A DNA stretch of 64,000 bases, taken from contig NJBH01000003.1 in assembly GCA_005223125.1 (NCBI GenBank), positions 164,303-228,302 on the forward strand, written 5' to 3'. The notes under the pieces are model-generated. The model was given only the letters and a program-made list of their open reading frames with translations, was not told where the DNA came from and ran no database searches. A program made the position numbers and the translations under genes. Source of the stretch: Promethearchaeota archaeon Loki_b32. GTDB lineage: Archaea > Asgardarchaeota > Lokiarchaeia > Sigyniarchaeales > SOKP01. Below, piece after piece: positions 1 through 10,619 of the stretch; the first letter of the stretch is position 1, and the number at the start of each line of letters is the position of its first letter.

Positions 1-30
1 TTTTTCAACTTTTTCTTCTAATGACTCCAT
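1..30 (-). CDS. 5' end of an ORF running off the window edge (MESLEEKVEK...)
   Basis: ATG at 28-30 on the minus strand; homologous remnant MKSFEEKIEQ starts at 1795. Confidence 0.4.
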   Translation of the reverse strand, partial: MESLEEKVEK

Positions 31-120
31 TTTGTAATATTTCTGATTTTATTAATAAAATATTTTATTGTCTTATGATTTTATTGTATTAATGCTTACA
101 GAAGAATTTAAACAAATTAA
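1..120. repeat. Diverged direct duplicate of ~1766-1916 (divergent promoter plus first ~10 codons of the enoyl-CoA hydratase)
   Basis: Shared blocks taatatttctgatttt and taaaatattttattgt..tatgatttta.tgtattaatgctt..agaagaatttaaacaaat.aaa. Confidence 0.8.
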
Positions 121-434
121 ATCGATGCGAATTCATACGGATCTACTTTTTCCCATAAGCTTGTTCTTGGAGTTCGAAAATTTTTATACACAATAGAAAA
201 TATTTATGAATTCTTTTAACTGTTTTCTAATATATGAGTCTATCTTTTATCTCTTTACCCTTTTTATTCAAAAGTTTCAAAAATAAGTGGTGCTTCCTCC
301 TTAAACTATTAATGAAATCTACCAAATCATCATTTTTGATTTTCATCAACTGCTTGTAAACTCTACTACATAATAGGTTTTTAAAAACTCCATAACCGAT
401 ATTATTTAAATATACAGTTAATTATATTAAAAAT

Positions 435-1700
435 GTGAAGGAATTTAAAATAAATGATTACTTGACACTAAGACTTCAAGACTATAGAACATTTATTTAT
501 ATAGCTGGAAAAAAGTTTAGACAATGTAAGTTCTTACTTCTTAATATTCCCGCAGACGAGATAAAGTTATTGGATGAGGTTCAATCTATTGACGAGGCTA
601 CTGAAAGGTTAAATAATTCTTTAGAGAGAGATGATCAGACTAAAATTACTATTGACTCAAAAACGGAGTTTTGGGCACATTGTTCTAACTTACAAGTATG
701 GTATGAACATAATTATGACACACGGTTGCTCCATAGCAATTTAGCATTCCCCTTACTGCACGCTCTTACTAAAGCTGGTGATCCGATTGCGAAAAAAGTC
801 TTTAAAGAAGAAATTGCAAAGCGTATTAGCTCAGGTAATGAAAAAATAATAGAGTTCTTGGTGAATGAGCGCTATATCGACTTTCTGGAAAGGGAACAAT
901 ATTTGATGTCATTATTAAATCCAGCCGAAGCAGAAATTTTAATTAAACTTGAAAAATTTACGGACCAACAATTTACACAAATTGGAAGGCGAAAATATTT
1001 CGATAGTGGAGTGGAAGAATACATCTATCCTCAATTTATGGCAAGAAATAAATCTGTATCAGCATTACTGATTTATTGGTATAATAAACCTCCTAAACCT
1101 CTCCCAGAATGGATATGCAATCTAAAAAACCTTGAAATCTTTCACTATTTCGGAGATAATATACCTTCACTACCAAAACATTTTAGTAAACTAAAAAATT
1201 TAAAAGAATTGGCAGTAGATAGTGAGATTTTAGAGAAAATATCCAGCTCAATTACACAACTTCCTCACCTAGAAGAACTATATATAAAAAGCGGGCTTTT
1301 AAAGACAATTCCAGAAAATATTGGAGATTTAAAAAAATTGAAAATCTTTTCTGTTGGAAATATGCTAACTACTCTTCCCGAATCTATAACAAAATTGAAA
1401 GAACTTGAATATCTTTATATAAATCATAATCGGTTATGTCAGTTACCAGAATCTCTTTATTCTCTTAAAAGCCTAAAAGAATTAAACATAAAGAATAATT
1501 CTATTGAAGAAATATCAGAATCGATCAGTGAACTAAAAAACCTTGAAGTATTTATTATAAAAAAAAATAAAATAAGAACCCTACCAGAGTCGTTGTTACA
1601 ACTTAAAAAACTAAGAATTTTATTTATTGATAACGAAATAATAGAAAAAAATAAAGATATTATAAAAAAATTAGAAACTAATGGTGTAATGATATCTTAA
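435..1700 (+). CDS. Leucine-rich repeat protein with Lokiarchaeal N-terminal domain
   Basis: N-terminal EFKINDYLTLRL...FWAHCSNLQVW motif; C-terminal LxxLxxLxLxxNxLxxLP repeats. Confidence 0.85.
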   Translation: MKEFKINDYLTLRLQDYRTFIYIAGKKFRQCKFLLLNIPADEIKLLDEVQSIDEATERLNNSLERDDQTKITIDSKTEFWAHCSNLQVWYEHNYDTRLLHSNLAFPLLHALTKAGDPIAKKVFKEEIAKRISSGNEKIIEFLVNERYIDFLEREQYLMSLLNPAEAEILIKLEKFTDQQFTQIGRRKYFDSGVEEYIYPQFMARNKSVSALLIYWYNKPPKPLPEWICNLKNLEIFHYFGDNIPSLPKHFSKLKNLKELAVDSEILEKISSSITQLPHLEELYIKSGLLKTIPENIGDLKKLKIFSVGNMLTTLPESITKLKELEYLYINHNRLCQLPESLYSLKSLKELNIKNNSIEEISESISELKNLEVFIIKKNKIRTLPESLLQLKKLRILFIDNEIIEKNKDIIKKLETNGVMIS

Positions 1701-1886
1701 TTCTTTATAGGAATTATTGTCTTTTTCCTCCTAATAGCAGATCTAAGATGTCTCTCATAAGCTAATTGTTCAATTTTCTCTTCAAATGATTTCATATGTT
1801 AATATTTCTGATTTTATAAGTTAAAAAAGTATTACGATTATATTACCTTATAAAATATTTTATTGTTTTATGATTTTAATGTATTA

Positions 1887-2708
1887 ATGCTTGTAGAAGA
1901 ATTTAAACAAATAAAATATGAAAAAGAAGAAAACGGAATTTTAACGGTTACCCTAAATTGGCCCGAAAAAAAAAATGCTCTTTCACCATTAGGTCTTTTA
2001 GAGCTCTGGTATGCAGTTGAGCATGCCGATAAGGATAAACAAGTTAAAGTTATGATATTAACAGGGTGTGAGGAAGCAGGAGCTTTTTCTTCAGGAGGGT
2101 ATTTTTCAGATGAAATATTGAAAGATATACCTGAAAAGTACAGGACAGAAGTTAATTTAAGAGACATGGCATCAAAAAAGTTGTGCCTTAAGTTTTGGGA
2201 TTTTTCAAAACCTTTAATATCTGTGATTAACGGTTTTGCTGTGGGTGGTGGATTTACACTTCCTGTGATTTGCTCAGATTTGGTCTATATGGCTGAAGAC
2301 GCATGGTGGGCATTATATTTTGTAAAAAGAGCGGTTATGCCTGATTTTGCTACTACAGTTCTTTTACCTTTAATGATAGGTTTGAACAGAGCTAAAGAAC
2401 TGTTCTATTTTGGCGACCGGATGACTGCCCAAGAAGCAGAAAGATTAGGTCTCATTAATAAAGTATTGCCCAAAGAGAAATTAATGCCTTATGCGAGAAA
2501 TCAAGCCTTAAGACTTATTCCCCCCAAGGGTCCATCACTTTCAATTAAATTAATGAAAAAAACCATGCATACATATTTCAGGGATATAATAGAAAAACAA
2601 CTAGATTTAGAAAATAAAATGTGGACCAAGGCAATTCGAAGTAAAGATTTTGGAGAATCTTTAAAAGCTTTAAAGGAAAAAAGGGATCCAACTTTTCTGG
2701 GAAGGTAA
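1887..2708 (+). CDS. Enoyl-CoA hydratase/isomerase (crotonase) family
   Basis: FSSGG and KPLISVINGFAVGGG motifs, C-terminal EKRDPTFLGR; ATG at 1887 preferred over TTG at 1863. Confidence 0.9.
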   Translation: MLVEEFKQIKYEKEENGILTVTLNWPEKKNALSPLGLLELWYAVEHADKDKQVKVMILTGCEEAGAFSSGGYFSDEILKDIPEKYRTEVNLRDMASKKLCLKFWDFSKPLISVINGFAVGGGFTLPVICSDLVYMAEDAWWALYFVKRAVMPDFATTVLLPLMIGLNRAKELFYFGDRMTAQEAERLGLINKVLPKEKLMPYARNQALRLIPPKGPSLSIKLMKKTMHTYFRDIIEKQLDLENKMWTKAIRSKDFGESLKALKEKRDPTFLGR

Positions 2709-3003
2709 ATTCATATTTTTGAAAAAAATCAAAGGAATATTCGATAATTATTTTTTATTTAGGATTAAATTAGGTAGACTTTCGACTTTTTAATCTAAAC
2801 TATTCATATGTATAATGACCTTAAAAAGTGAATTTAAAAAAAAAATTAATAACGATTATTTTTATTTATTGAATATAATATATTATTATTAATATTACTC
2901 AAACATGCAAAATTCACTGTTTTAAAAATATTAATTTATTTAAAATGATGGATAGAAACATGATTAAAATTAAGATAATTAACTAGAACGGTGAAATGGT
3001 AAA

Positions 3004-3552
3004 ATTTCTGCGACCAAATCGTTTATCTATAAGGTTGTAGTTGTAGGTGACGGTGGTGTAGGGAAAACATCTATGGTTCTCCGCTACTGTGAGAATACCT
3101 TTAAAGAAAATTATATCATGACTATTGGCTCTAATTTTTCGACGAAACAGATTGAGCTGGAAGAGTATCCAAATTATTTGGTTAAGCTCCAGCTCTGGGA
3201 TTTAGCGGGACAGAAACATTTTAGCTTTGTACGGCCACCATTTTACCGAGGAGCTACAGCAATCGTATACGTATTCGATCTCACACGAAGAAGTTCATTT
3301 CAAAACATTTTAGACTGGAAAATTGAGGTAGAAAAAGTGATTGGCGATGGAAAGCCAACTGTGCTCGTCGGGAACAAAATTGACTTAGCAGAACAAGGTA
3401 ACAGGGAAGTCGGGGAAGGTGATGGGGAGGCCCTAAAGGATGAGATAAACTCGATAGCTTATTATGAAACAAGTGCTAAGCAAGATATTAAAGTCGAGCC
3501 TGTCTTTAAGAATATTACAATGGCTATTTTAGAAAAGACTAAAAAGATTTAG
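3004..3552 (+). CDS. Rab-like small GTPase (probable ATT start)
   Basis: In-frame upstream extension gives YKVVVVGDGGVGKTS (G1); also WDLAGQ (G3), NKID (G4), ETSAK (G5); in-frame TGA at 2992; no C-terminal Cys. Confidence 0.92.
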   Translation: MSATKSFIYKVVVVGDGGVGKTSMVLRYCENTFKENYIMTIGSNFSTKQIELEEYPNYLVKLQLWDLAGQKHFSFVRPPFYRGATAIVYVFDLTRRSSFQNILDWKIEVEKVIGDGKPTVLVGNKIDLAEQGNREVGEGDGEALKDEINSIAYYETSAKQDIKVEPVFKNITMAILEKTKKI

Positions 3553-3656
3553 CTTTTTATTTGTTATAAACAATAAATTAAAATTTTGGAAAATATTTGC
3601 AATAATTATCACATAAAATCATTAAAGTAATTAATTAAGATAATAAGGTAATATGT

Positions 3657-4376
3657 ATGTTTGGTGGAGCTCAGCGCGCATATGATCGTGCACTTACTGT
3701 TTTTAGCCCAGAAGGAAGGTTGTATCAGGTAGAGTATGCATTAGAGGCAGTTAGAAGAGGAACTCTTGCTGTAGCAGTAAAATCTAAAGATGATGTCTGT
3801 ATAGCAGCCCAAATTAAAATACCATCAATATTAATAGATGCTGATGCAATAGATAAAATTTTTCAAGTAGATGAACATATCGGAGTAGCAATTTCTGGTT
3901 TACATGCTGATTCTCGAGCACTGATTAATTACTCCCGAGTCCAAGCTCAATCATTTAGATTGACATATGATGAACCAGTAAGGCTTAACATGTTGGCCAA
4001 AAGCATTGCTGATTTAACTCAGCAGTATTCTCAGTTTGGAGGTATTAGACCTTTCGGATGTGCGCTTTTTTTCATTGCGATTGATGCGGGGGGCCCACAA
4101 ATTTATACTGTTTCACCAAGTGGAATATATCGTTCATTCAAATCATATGCGATTGGAACAGGAGAGGCAAGTGCGAGAGAATATCTTATTGAGAATTATA
4201 AAGAAGAAATGACTTTTGATGAGCTTATAAATTTTACTTTAAAAACACTTAAAGAATCGATTAATGAAGATGCCACTAAAGAGAATATTCGATTGGCATA
4301 TATTAAAGGTGAAGACAAAAAGTTTCATATGTGTAATAAAGAAGAAGTAGAAGAATTTTTGAATAAATTATCATAA
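3657..4376 (+). CDS. psmA: Proteasome alpha subunit
   Basis: YDRALTVFSPEGRLYQVEYA signature; RPFG motif. Confidence 0.97.
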   Translation: MFGGAQRAYDRALTVFSPEGRLYQVEYALEAVRRGTLAVAVKSKDDVCIAAQIKIPSILIDADAIDKIFQVDEHIGVAISGLHADSRALINYSRVQAQSFRLTYDEPVRLNMLAKSIADLTQQYSQFGGIRPFGCALFFIAIDAGGPQIYTVSPSGIYRSFKSYAIGTGEASAREYLIENYKEEMTFDELINFTLKTLKESINEDATKENIRLAYIKGEDKKFHMCNKEEVEEFLNKLS

Positions 4377-4485
4377 TCTTTCTTTTTGAAATCATCATAA
4401 AAGAATTTATTTTTGGAATCTATATTATAGATATTAATATAATATCTAGAATTTTTCTTATATAACGAAAAAATAGGCAACCGTC

Positions 4486-4878
4486 ATGGCTAAGAAGAAG
4501 ATTAGAGAAGAGTTCGATAAACTTTTTAAGAAAGGCAATGAAAAAGCAATTAAAAAGATGTTAGATAAGAATCCATGGCTACTTAACGAAGTTTCGCATA
4601 CTATGGGCGCGGGAATGGTAGAACAATCTCAAATTATTGCGGCTTTAGGCGTAATGGAAGATGAACTTGGAGGTCCCGTACCAATTGATGAGATTATATT
4701 TAGTTTAAGAGTTGATTTTAATATTCGAAAAAGTGAGGATGAAGTACATACGATTTTAACTAGTGCTGAAAATCTGCATCTTGTAAAAAGAGATGCTAAT
4801 GGGTGGAGTTTGACAAATGAAGGAGGTAGAATTTGCGACGATTATCTAAATAAAAATCTAGGTAAATTTGATTTATAA
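4486..4878 (+). CDS. Hypothetical protein, possible winged-helix C-terminus
   Basis: Clean ORF; LVKRDANGWSLTNEG resembles a wHTH wing. Confidence 0.6.
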   Translation: MAKKKIREEFDKLFKKGNEKAIKKMLDKNPWLLNEVSHTMGAGMVEQSQIIAALGVMEDELGGPVPIDEIIFSLRVDFNIRKSEDEVHTILTSAENLHLVKRDANGWSLTNEGGRICDDYLNKNLGKFDL

Positions 4879-4992
4879 TTGCTTAAATATTTATTTTCGT
4901 TAAATGATTTTTAAATTATAACTAAATTATTATATAAATTTGTATTGAGATTTTTGTTTAATAAGTTCATTCTTAATTCTTCTTAAAAATAG

Positions 4993-7900
4993 GTGAAATT
5001 TATGGAAGAGAAAAGAGAAGAAGATTTAGATCAAGAATTCGATGATGAGGAGTTAGATTTAACGAAGGATGCTTTTTTTGCCGATATGATAGAGATGGAG
5101 GAAGAGATTGCTACAGAAGCCTATGAGTTAGTGGAACATGCGCTTAATTTAATAACGTCGCATTATTATGATGATGGCATTGAAATTCTTCGTCAGGCTA
5201 TAGGACTATATACCCAGATAAATAGAGAAGATGAAATTAAAGCTATAAATGAAAAAATATCAGAGGTTTACATACTAAAAGAACAAGCATTCAGGGAAGT
5301 TGAAATTGAAGCAGATAAAGTAGTTGAAAAGTTTGAGGAAATTGAAGAAGTTGAGGTTACTGAAGAAGTTGGAAAGATTGAAGAAGTTGGACGGGCTGAA
5401 GATTTGGAAGTAGAGGTAGATTTGATTAAGAAAGCAGACCAATTAGTAGTTGAAGCCCATCAATTAACAAAAAATAACAGATTTGAGGAATCTCTTGATA
5501 AATATGATGAAGCGGAAAAAATTCTTGAAGAGTTAGGTAAAACAGATGAAGTCGAAAGATTATATTCATTAATTGAAGATTGTTATAATAAAAAGGCTGA
5601 CTTCTTACGGAGCGTTAAGAAAGAAGAACTAGAAGAGGAACTAGTGGTTAGTGAAGAATTAGAAGCGCCACGAAGTGAGGAGCAGTTAAAAGCTAAAAGA
5701 TTAAAAAAGTTTCTTGAAACAAAAAAGCATGAGGAAGAGATCTCCTCTAGGGCGTATGAAGTATTAGACAAAGCGGTAGAGTTAGCTAAATTACATGAAT
5801 ATGATCAAGCTTTGAGTTTATATGAAGAAGGAGCAAATTTGTTTAAAGAATTGAACTGGACTTATGAAACCAAGAAAATTAGGGATACAATAGAGCAATT
5901 AGAAAAAGAAAAATTTAGGCATTTTCAAGCTCTTGAAAAAGAAAAAGTACAAATTGAGCAAAAAATTGAAACTGAACTTCAAAAAGAAAAACTAATTGAT
6001 CAGCAGGTAAAAGAAATAGAGGAGAAGAAAAAACTTACTCAGATGGAAAGGATAAGAGGAATAGAATTTCAAAAAATGGAAACCGAATTCTTCAAAGTAC
6101 AAATTGATAATATGGTAACTGAAGCTGCTAGAATGGCACGCGAATATGAATTGGCAATGCAGAAAGCTATAAAAAAAGGAAGATTAGTAGAAGAATGTAT
6201 TTATCCTAAAGTTATTGAAATTTATAAAAAAGTAAAGGAATTACTTATTGATAAAGGTTGGAATAATGAAGCAGCTATTTATGATGATACAATAAAAGTT
6301 TATATTCAGAAATTTGAAAAGGATCAAAAGGTAAGACAAATCGAAGCTGAAAAGACTATAAAACAGAAAGAAGCGGAAGAATTGATTAAGTTTAAAAAAG
6401 AAGATGTAGAAGCGGAATTGAGCGAAGAGCAATTAAGAGCTAGAGAAAAACACCGTCAAGGGGAAATAGAAATACAAAATATTCGAAATAGCATAGAAGA
6501 AATGACAAAAAGAGCCGAACGAGTAGGAAGAGAGTATGAAGTAGCGTTAAGGAAAGGGAAATTTGAATTAAAATGTCCATACCCTGAAATTATCAATATC
6601 TATGAAAAAGCCAAAGAAATGGCACAAGAAAGAGGATGGGATACAGATGTAGCAATTTTCTTAAGTCAGATTAACAAATTTAAAGAAAAATTAGAGAAAG
6701 ACAAAAGATTACGACAAATAGAAGCTGAAAAGGCAAAAAAGCAAGAAGAAGTAGAAGAAATGCATAAAGTTAAAAAAGAAGAACTTGGAGTAGGTTTAAA
6801 TGCTGAGAAGCTCAAATTATTAGAGGAACAAAGAAGATTAGAAGAAGAAAAAGAAGATTTTGATGAAATTTTAAATACAATGATAAATCGAGCCGAAAAA
6901 ATGGCTCGGGAATATGATGTTGCTATGAAAAAAGCCATAAGAAAGGGGGAATTGGCAGAAAACCCTCCATTTTTAAAGATTATTAGTATTTATGAAAGAG
7001 TAATACGAATGTTACTTGATAAAGGAAGAAATGAAGAAGCTGCCACATATGGAAATCAAATAACTTTTTACAATCAAAAATTAGAAAAAGATAATAAATT
7101 AAGAGAAGTTGAGGCGCAAAAAGCCCAAAGAGAAAAAGCACTTGAAGATATGCACAAAGTAGGAAAAAAAGTCGAAATTGATCAAAAAAAATTAAGCACT
7201 GTTGAGAAAAAAAGAGAAGAAAAAGAATTTCAGAAATACATTATCAATATGGCCAATAAAGCAGAAAAATTAGAGAGAGAATTTGATTCATCAATGAAAA
7301 AAGCTGTAAAAAAAGGGGGTGTAATAGAACAAACACCATATTCCGAAATAATAGAAATATATAAGCAAATTAAAGACAATTTATATGAGAGAGGCTGGAT
7401 AGAACAATCACAAATTTATTCAAACCAAATAAAGATTTATCAAGAGAAATCAGAGAAACATGAAAAATTACTAAAAATTGAAGCTCAAAAAATTCAAAGA
7501 GAAAAGGAGTTTGGAGAATTACAAAAAGTAGGTAAAAAAGAAATTAAACCTGCTAAACCTGAAAAAATAAAAGAACTTGAAACTGAAGACAAAGAAGAAG
7601 ATATATTTTTAGATAAAGCAATGAACCTGATTGATGAAGCTGAAAAAGATGTTAGAAGCTATGAACTAAGTATCAAAAAAGATATTTTGGTATATGAGAG
7701 TCCTTATATTAAAGCAATTTCTAATTATGAAGAAGCTAGAGAATTATTCAAAAAAATAGGATGGAATGATGAAGCTAACAGATTAATTAAAACTATTAAA
7801 TTTTATAAGGATAAAAAAGAAAAAGATGATAAATTAAGAATAATTGAACAAAAGAAATTAGAGAAACCAGAAATTAAATTGGAAGCGGTTAAGACTGAAA

Positions 7901-9564
7901 CTGAAAAAGAATTTTTAAAAAGGCAGGAGAGGTTGGCAGAATTTGAAGAAAAACAGAAGGAAGCTGATGAGATTGCTGTAAAGATCTTCAGTATGATTCA
8001 AAATGCTGAGAGAATGGCTCAAGAATACGAATTAAAACTAAAATCTGGAGTTTTTGACTATGAAGCCCCTTATGAAAAAATTATTGATATATATCGCGAA
8101 GCACGAAAGCGTTTTGAAGAAGTCAATTGGAAAGAAGAATCCGTAAAATTAATAGATACTGTTAACTTTTATAAAGAGAAACTGGCGCAAGATAAAAAAA
8201 TTCGCGCTTTAGAATCAGAGAAGGCTAAAAAAAGAGAAGAAGAATTGATGCTTCAACAGGACCTATTAGAGCAAGCGAGATTGGAACAAGAAAAATTGAT
8301 ACAACAGAGAAAAGAATCTTTACATTTAAAAAAAGAACGTATAGCTCAGTTTGAAACTTATAAAGATAAAGCCTTTCGGTTAATGGATCAAGCTAAACGT
8401 GAATTAAGACAAAGTAATTTTGTGAAAGCTATAGAATTTTATAAAGAGAGTGAAAAAATATTCATTGATATAAAATGGGAAGAAGGAATTAAAATGGTTC
8501 GAGATTCAGTCGTAATGATAAGTGGCAAGAAAAAGGCTTATGAACTCGAACAAAAGTCGATTGAAGAAAGAAAAGTTGAAAAATTACTAATAGAAGAAAA
8601 GATAGAAGCAAAATTAGCGGAGGCTCAAGATATAAGAAGAAAACAACAAGAAAAGAAGAGAAGAGAATTTTTAAAAATTCAGAGGGGAAAAGAACAGGAA
8701 AGGGAGATTTCTACAGAGGCGTATGGACTTTTGGAAGAAGGAACCGCTTTAATGGCACGCAAAAATTTCACAGAAGCTTTCGATAGATATATGGAAGCTC
8801 GAGAATTATTTAAAAAAATTTCTTGGCAACGAGAGGTTTCGAGAATAAATAATGAACTATTATTCAAACTTAAAAGGGAGAGGAAGAACGCTGAGATTCT
8901 AGAAGAGATCAAAGTAAAGAAAGTTGAAGAAGAGAAAGAAATAACACTATTAAAAGAAGAAGCAAAGAAAGACCGTAGAGAATTTGAGAGAAGAAAGAAA
9001 GAAGAAAAACGTAAACGCGCCAAAGAAGAACTTGGTAGAAAGATTTCCATTAAATTAGATAAAGCAAGCAAGTTAATCGATGGTTTTAGATATAATGAGG
9101 GAATATTAATGATGCAAGAAGAGCTCCAAAGATTAACAAAATTAGAAAAACATGATGAAATAAAGAGAATTCAGGAACAAATTGATAATTTAAAAGATGG
9201 AGCGGAAATTCCATTAATAACATTAGACGTTAATTCTAAAGATGTTCAAAATAAAAATTTTAAATCTGCATATAAAGCGTTAGATGAAGCTTATGTATCA
9301 ATTGCTAATAATCTCTTCAAGAAAGCGATTTCTGAATTAAGTGAAGCCAAATTTAAACTCAAGGAACTACACATTGGAAAAAAATTCATGAAAGAAATTG
9401 ATAAAAAAATCAATGAATTCAAAAGTAAAGTTAGTAAAAAACCAATCAAAGAAAAAGAAGAGCCTGTTGAAGACGAAATGGAAATTCTCAGAAGACGTGT
9501 TGCTGCAAGACGGGAAGAGAGAAGGAAAAAGGTATTAAATTTATTGGGAAAGCATGAAGAATAA
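4993..9564 (+). CDS. Giant helical-repeat / coiled-coil protein (~13 MIT/TPR-like units)
   Basis: Recurrent AE.MAREYE...PY..II.IY.......GW..E...I..Y..K.EKD units separated by E/K/R-rich helices. Confidence 0.8.
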   Translation: MKFMEEKREEDLDQEFDDEELDLTKDAFFADMIEMEEEIATEAYELVEHALNLITSHYYDDGIEILRQAIGLYTQINREDEIKAINEKISEVYILKEQAFREVEIEADKVVEKFEEIEEVEVTEEVGKIEEVGRAEDLEVEVDLIKKADQLVVEAHQLTKNNRFEESLDKYDEAEKILEELGKTDEVERLYSLIEDCYNKKADFLRSVKKEELEEELVVSEELEAPRSEEQLKAKRLKKFLETKKHEEEISSRAYEVLDKAVELAKLHEYDQALSLYEEGANLFKELNWTYETKKIRDTIEQLEKEKFRHFQALEKEKVQIEQKIETELQKEKLIDQQVKEIEEKKKLTQMERIRGIEFQKMETEFFKVQIDNMVTEAARMAREYELAMQKAIKKGRLVEECIYPKVIEIYKKVKELLIDKGWNNEAAIYDDTIKVYIQKFEKDQKVRQIEAEKTIKQKEAEELIKFKKEDVEAELSEEQLRAREKHRQGEIEIQNIRNSIEEMTKRAERVGREYEVALRKGKFELKCPYPEIINIYEKAKEMAQERGWDTDVAIFLSQINKFKEKLEKDKRLRQIEAEKAKKQEEVEEMHKVKKEELGVGLNAEKLKLLEEQRRLEEEKEDFDEILNTMINRAEKMAREYDVAMKKAIRKGELAENPPFLKIISIYERVIRMLLDKGRNEEAATYGNQITFYNQKLEKDNKLREVEAQKAQREKALEDMHKVGKKVEIDQKKLSTVEKKREEKEFQKYIINMANKAEKLEREFDSSMKKAVKKGGVIEQTPYSEIIEIYKQIKDNLYERGWIEQSQIYSNQIKIYQEKSEKHEKLLKIEAQKIQREKEFGELQKVGKKEIKPAKPEKIKELETEDKEEDIFLDKAMNLIDEAEKDVRSYELSIKKDILVYESPYIKAISNYEEARELFKKIGWNDEANRLIKTIKFYKDKKEKDDKLRIIEQKKLEKPEIKLEAVKTETEKEFLKRQERLAEFEEKQKEADEIAVKIFSMIQNAERMAQEYELKLKSGVFDYEAPYEKIIDIYREARKRFEEVNWKEESVKLIDTVNFYKEKLAQDKKIRALESEKAKKREEELMLQQDLLEQARLEQEKLIQQRKESLHLKKERIAQFETYKDKAFRLMDQAKRELRQSNFVKAIEFYKESEKIFIDIKWEEGIKMVRDSVVMISGKKKAYELEQKSIEERKVEKLLIEEKIEAKLAEAQDIRRKQQEKKRREFLKIQRGKEQEREISTEAYGLLEEGTALMARKNFTEAFDRYMEARELFKKISWQREVSRINNELLFKLKRERKNAEILEEIKVKKVEEEKEITLLKEEAKKDRREFERRKKEEKRKRAKEELGRKISIKLDKASKLIDGFRYNEGILMMQEELQRLTKLEKHDEIKRIQEQIDNLKDGAEIPLITLDVNSKDVQNKNFKSAYKALDEAYVSIANNLFKKAISELSEAKFKLKELHIGKKFMKEIDKKINEFKSKVSKKPIKEKEEPVEDEMEILRRRVAARREERRKKVLNLLGKHEE

Positions 9565-9607
9565 ACATCTTTTTCTCCAATATCAAAAAAGAATAAAAAA
9601 AATTATT

Positions 9608-9829
9608 TTAATTTACTAAATTTTCTTGAAGTTCGTTTTCCAACTCAGATTCTATCAAACTAGGAGAAAGACTCCTATTTATAGATTCTTCTATCAAATA
9701 TTCTGTTCTAATTAAGTCTCGAATCGCCACTCGAATCGCTTCACTCCTATTCGGGAATTTTCCGTCAACGACAAGGATCTCTAATACTTTTAGATAAGAT
9801 TCAGGTAAGTTTACTGAAATTAGTTTCAT
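9608..9829 (-). CDS. Ribbon-helix-helix (CopG family, CdrS-like) regulator
   Basis: MKLISVNLP...GKFPNRSEAIRVAIRDL. Confidence 0.9.
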   Translation of the reverse strand: MKLISVNLPESYLKVLEILVVDGKFPNRSEAIRVAIRDLIRTEYLIEESINRSLSPSLIESELENELQENLVN

Positions 9830-10101
9830 ATTTATACATACCTCAGTGATATATTTAAAGGTTTAGTGGAAATCGACCCCAAGAAATCCGACAGAATGCA
9901 TGAATGCCTTTAAATATGCATCTAGAATAATTTCCTATCAGTCATTTAACAATTGGTCATCTTATAAAACATTTAGTAAATTGTGATATTTCAATTCATT
10001 CCCAAAATTTTTATATATGTACTATATGTAACATGTAACACTAGATAATTAAAAAAATATTAGGAAAAAAAAATTTTACGGAAAATATTACATAAAAAGG
10101 G

Positions 10102-10425
10102 ATGAAAATGTCAAATATTGAAAACCAATTAGAAGATCATTTAAAAGGTGGAGCAGACTGGGAAAAAATGGAAACTCCTATTCCAGGTGTTTTTGTAGTC
10201 AAGGTTCCTGCAACAAAAACCAAACCAGCATTATTGTTCTTAGAGGTTAATCCTTTAAAGGATGATGGAAAGCCCCTAAAAAAGAGAGGGTTATTTATAG
10301 GCTCTAAAGAAATGCTTTTAAAATTTAGTGAAGCGTTGAATGACGATAAAACCTTTCAATTGATTGGAGAATTAGAGAAAATAAATCCTGAAGTTAAAAC
10401 AAAAGCCAAAAAATTAAAGATGTAA
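10102..10425 (+). CDS. Conserved hypothetical protein
   Basis: Clean ORF with normal codon usage. Confidence 0.7.
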   Translation: MKMSNIENQLEDHLKGGADWEKMETPIPGVFVVKVPATKTKPALLFLEVNPLKDDGKPLKKRGLFIGSKEMLLKFSEALNDDKTFQLIGELEKINPEVKTKAKKLKM

Positions 10426-10619
10426 TGATGAAATTGTTTCTTATAATTCATCAATGCCAATTTAGTTTTAACTTTTAAGAAAATATTTTATTTATTAAAT
10501 TTATTATTAATTTAATATTACTATAGAGGAAAAGTATAAATTTCAATTACTTTAAACCTATAATATAAAAAAATTGTCAAATTAAAGAAATCATTAAAAA
10601 TTAGAGTTGAAATAGAAAA

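Noticed and set aside
9860-9930. Slightly GC-richer leader upstream of the RHH gene as a possible ncRNA
   Set aside because: No convincing stem or known motif.
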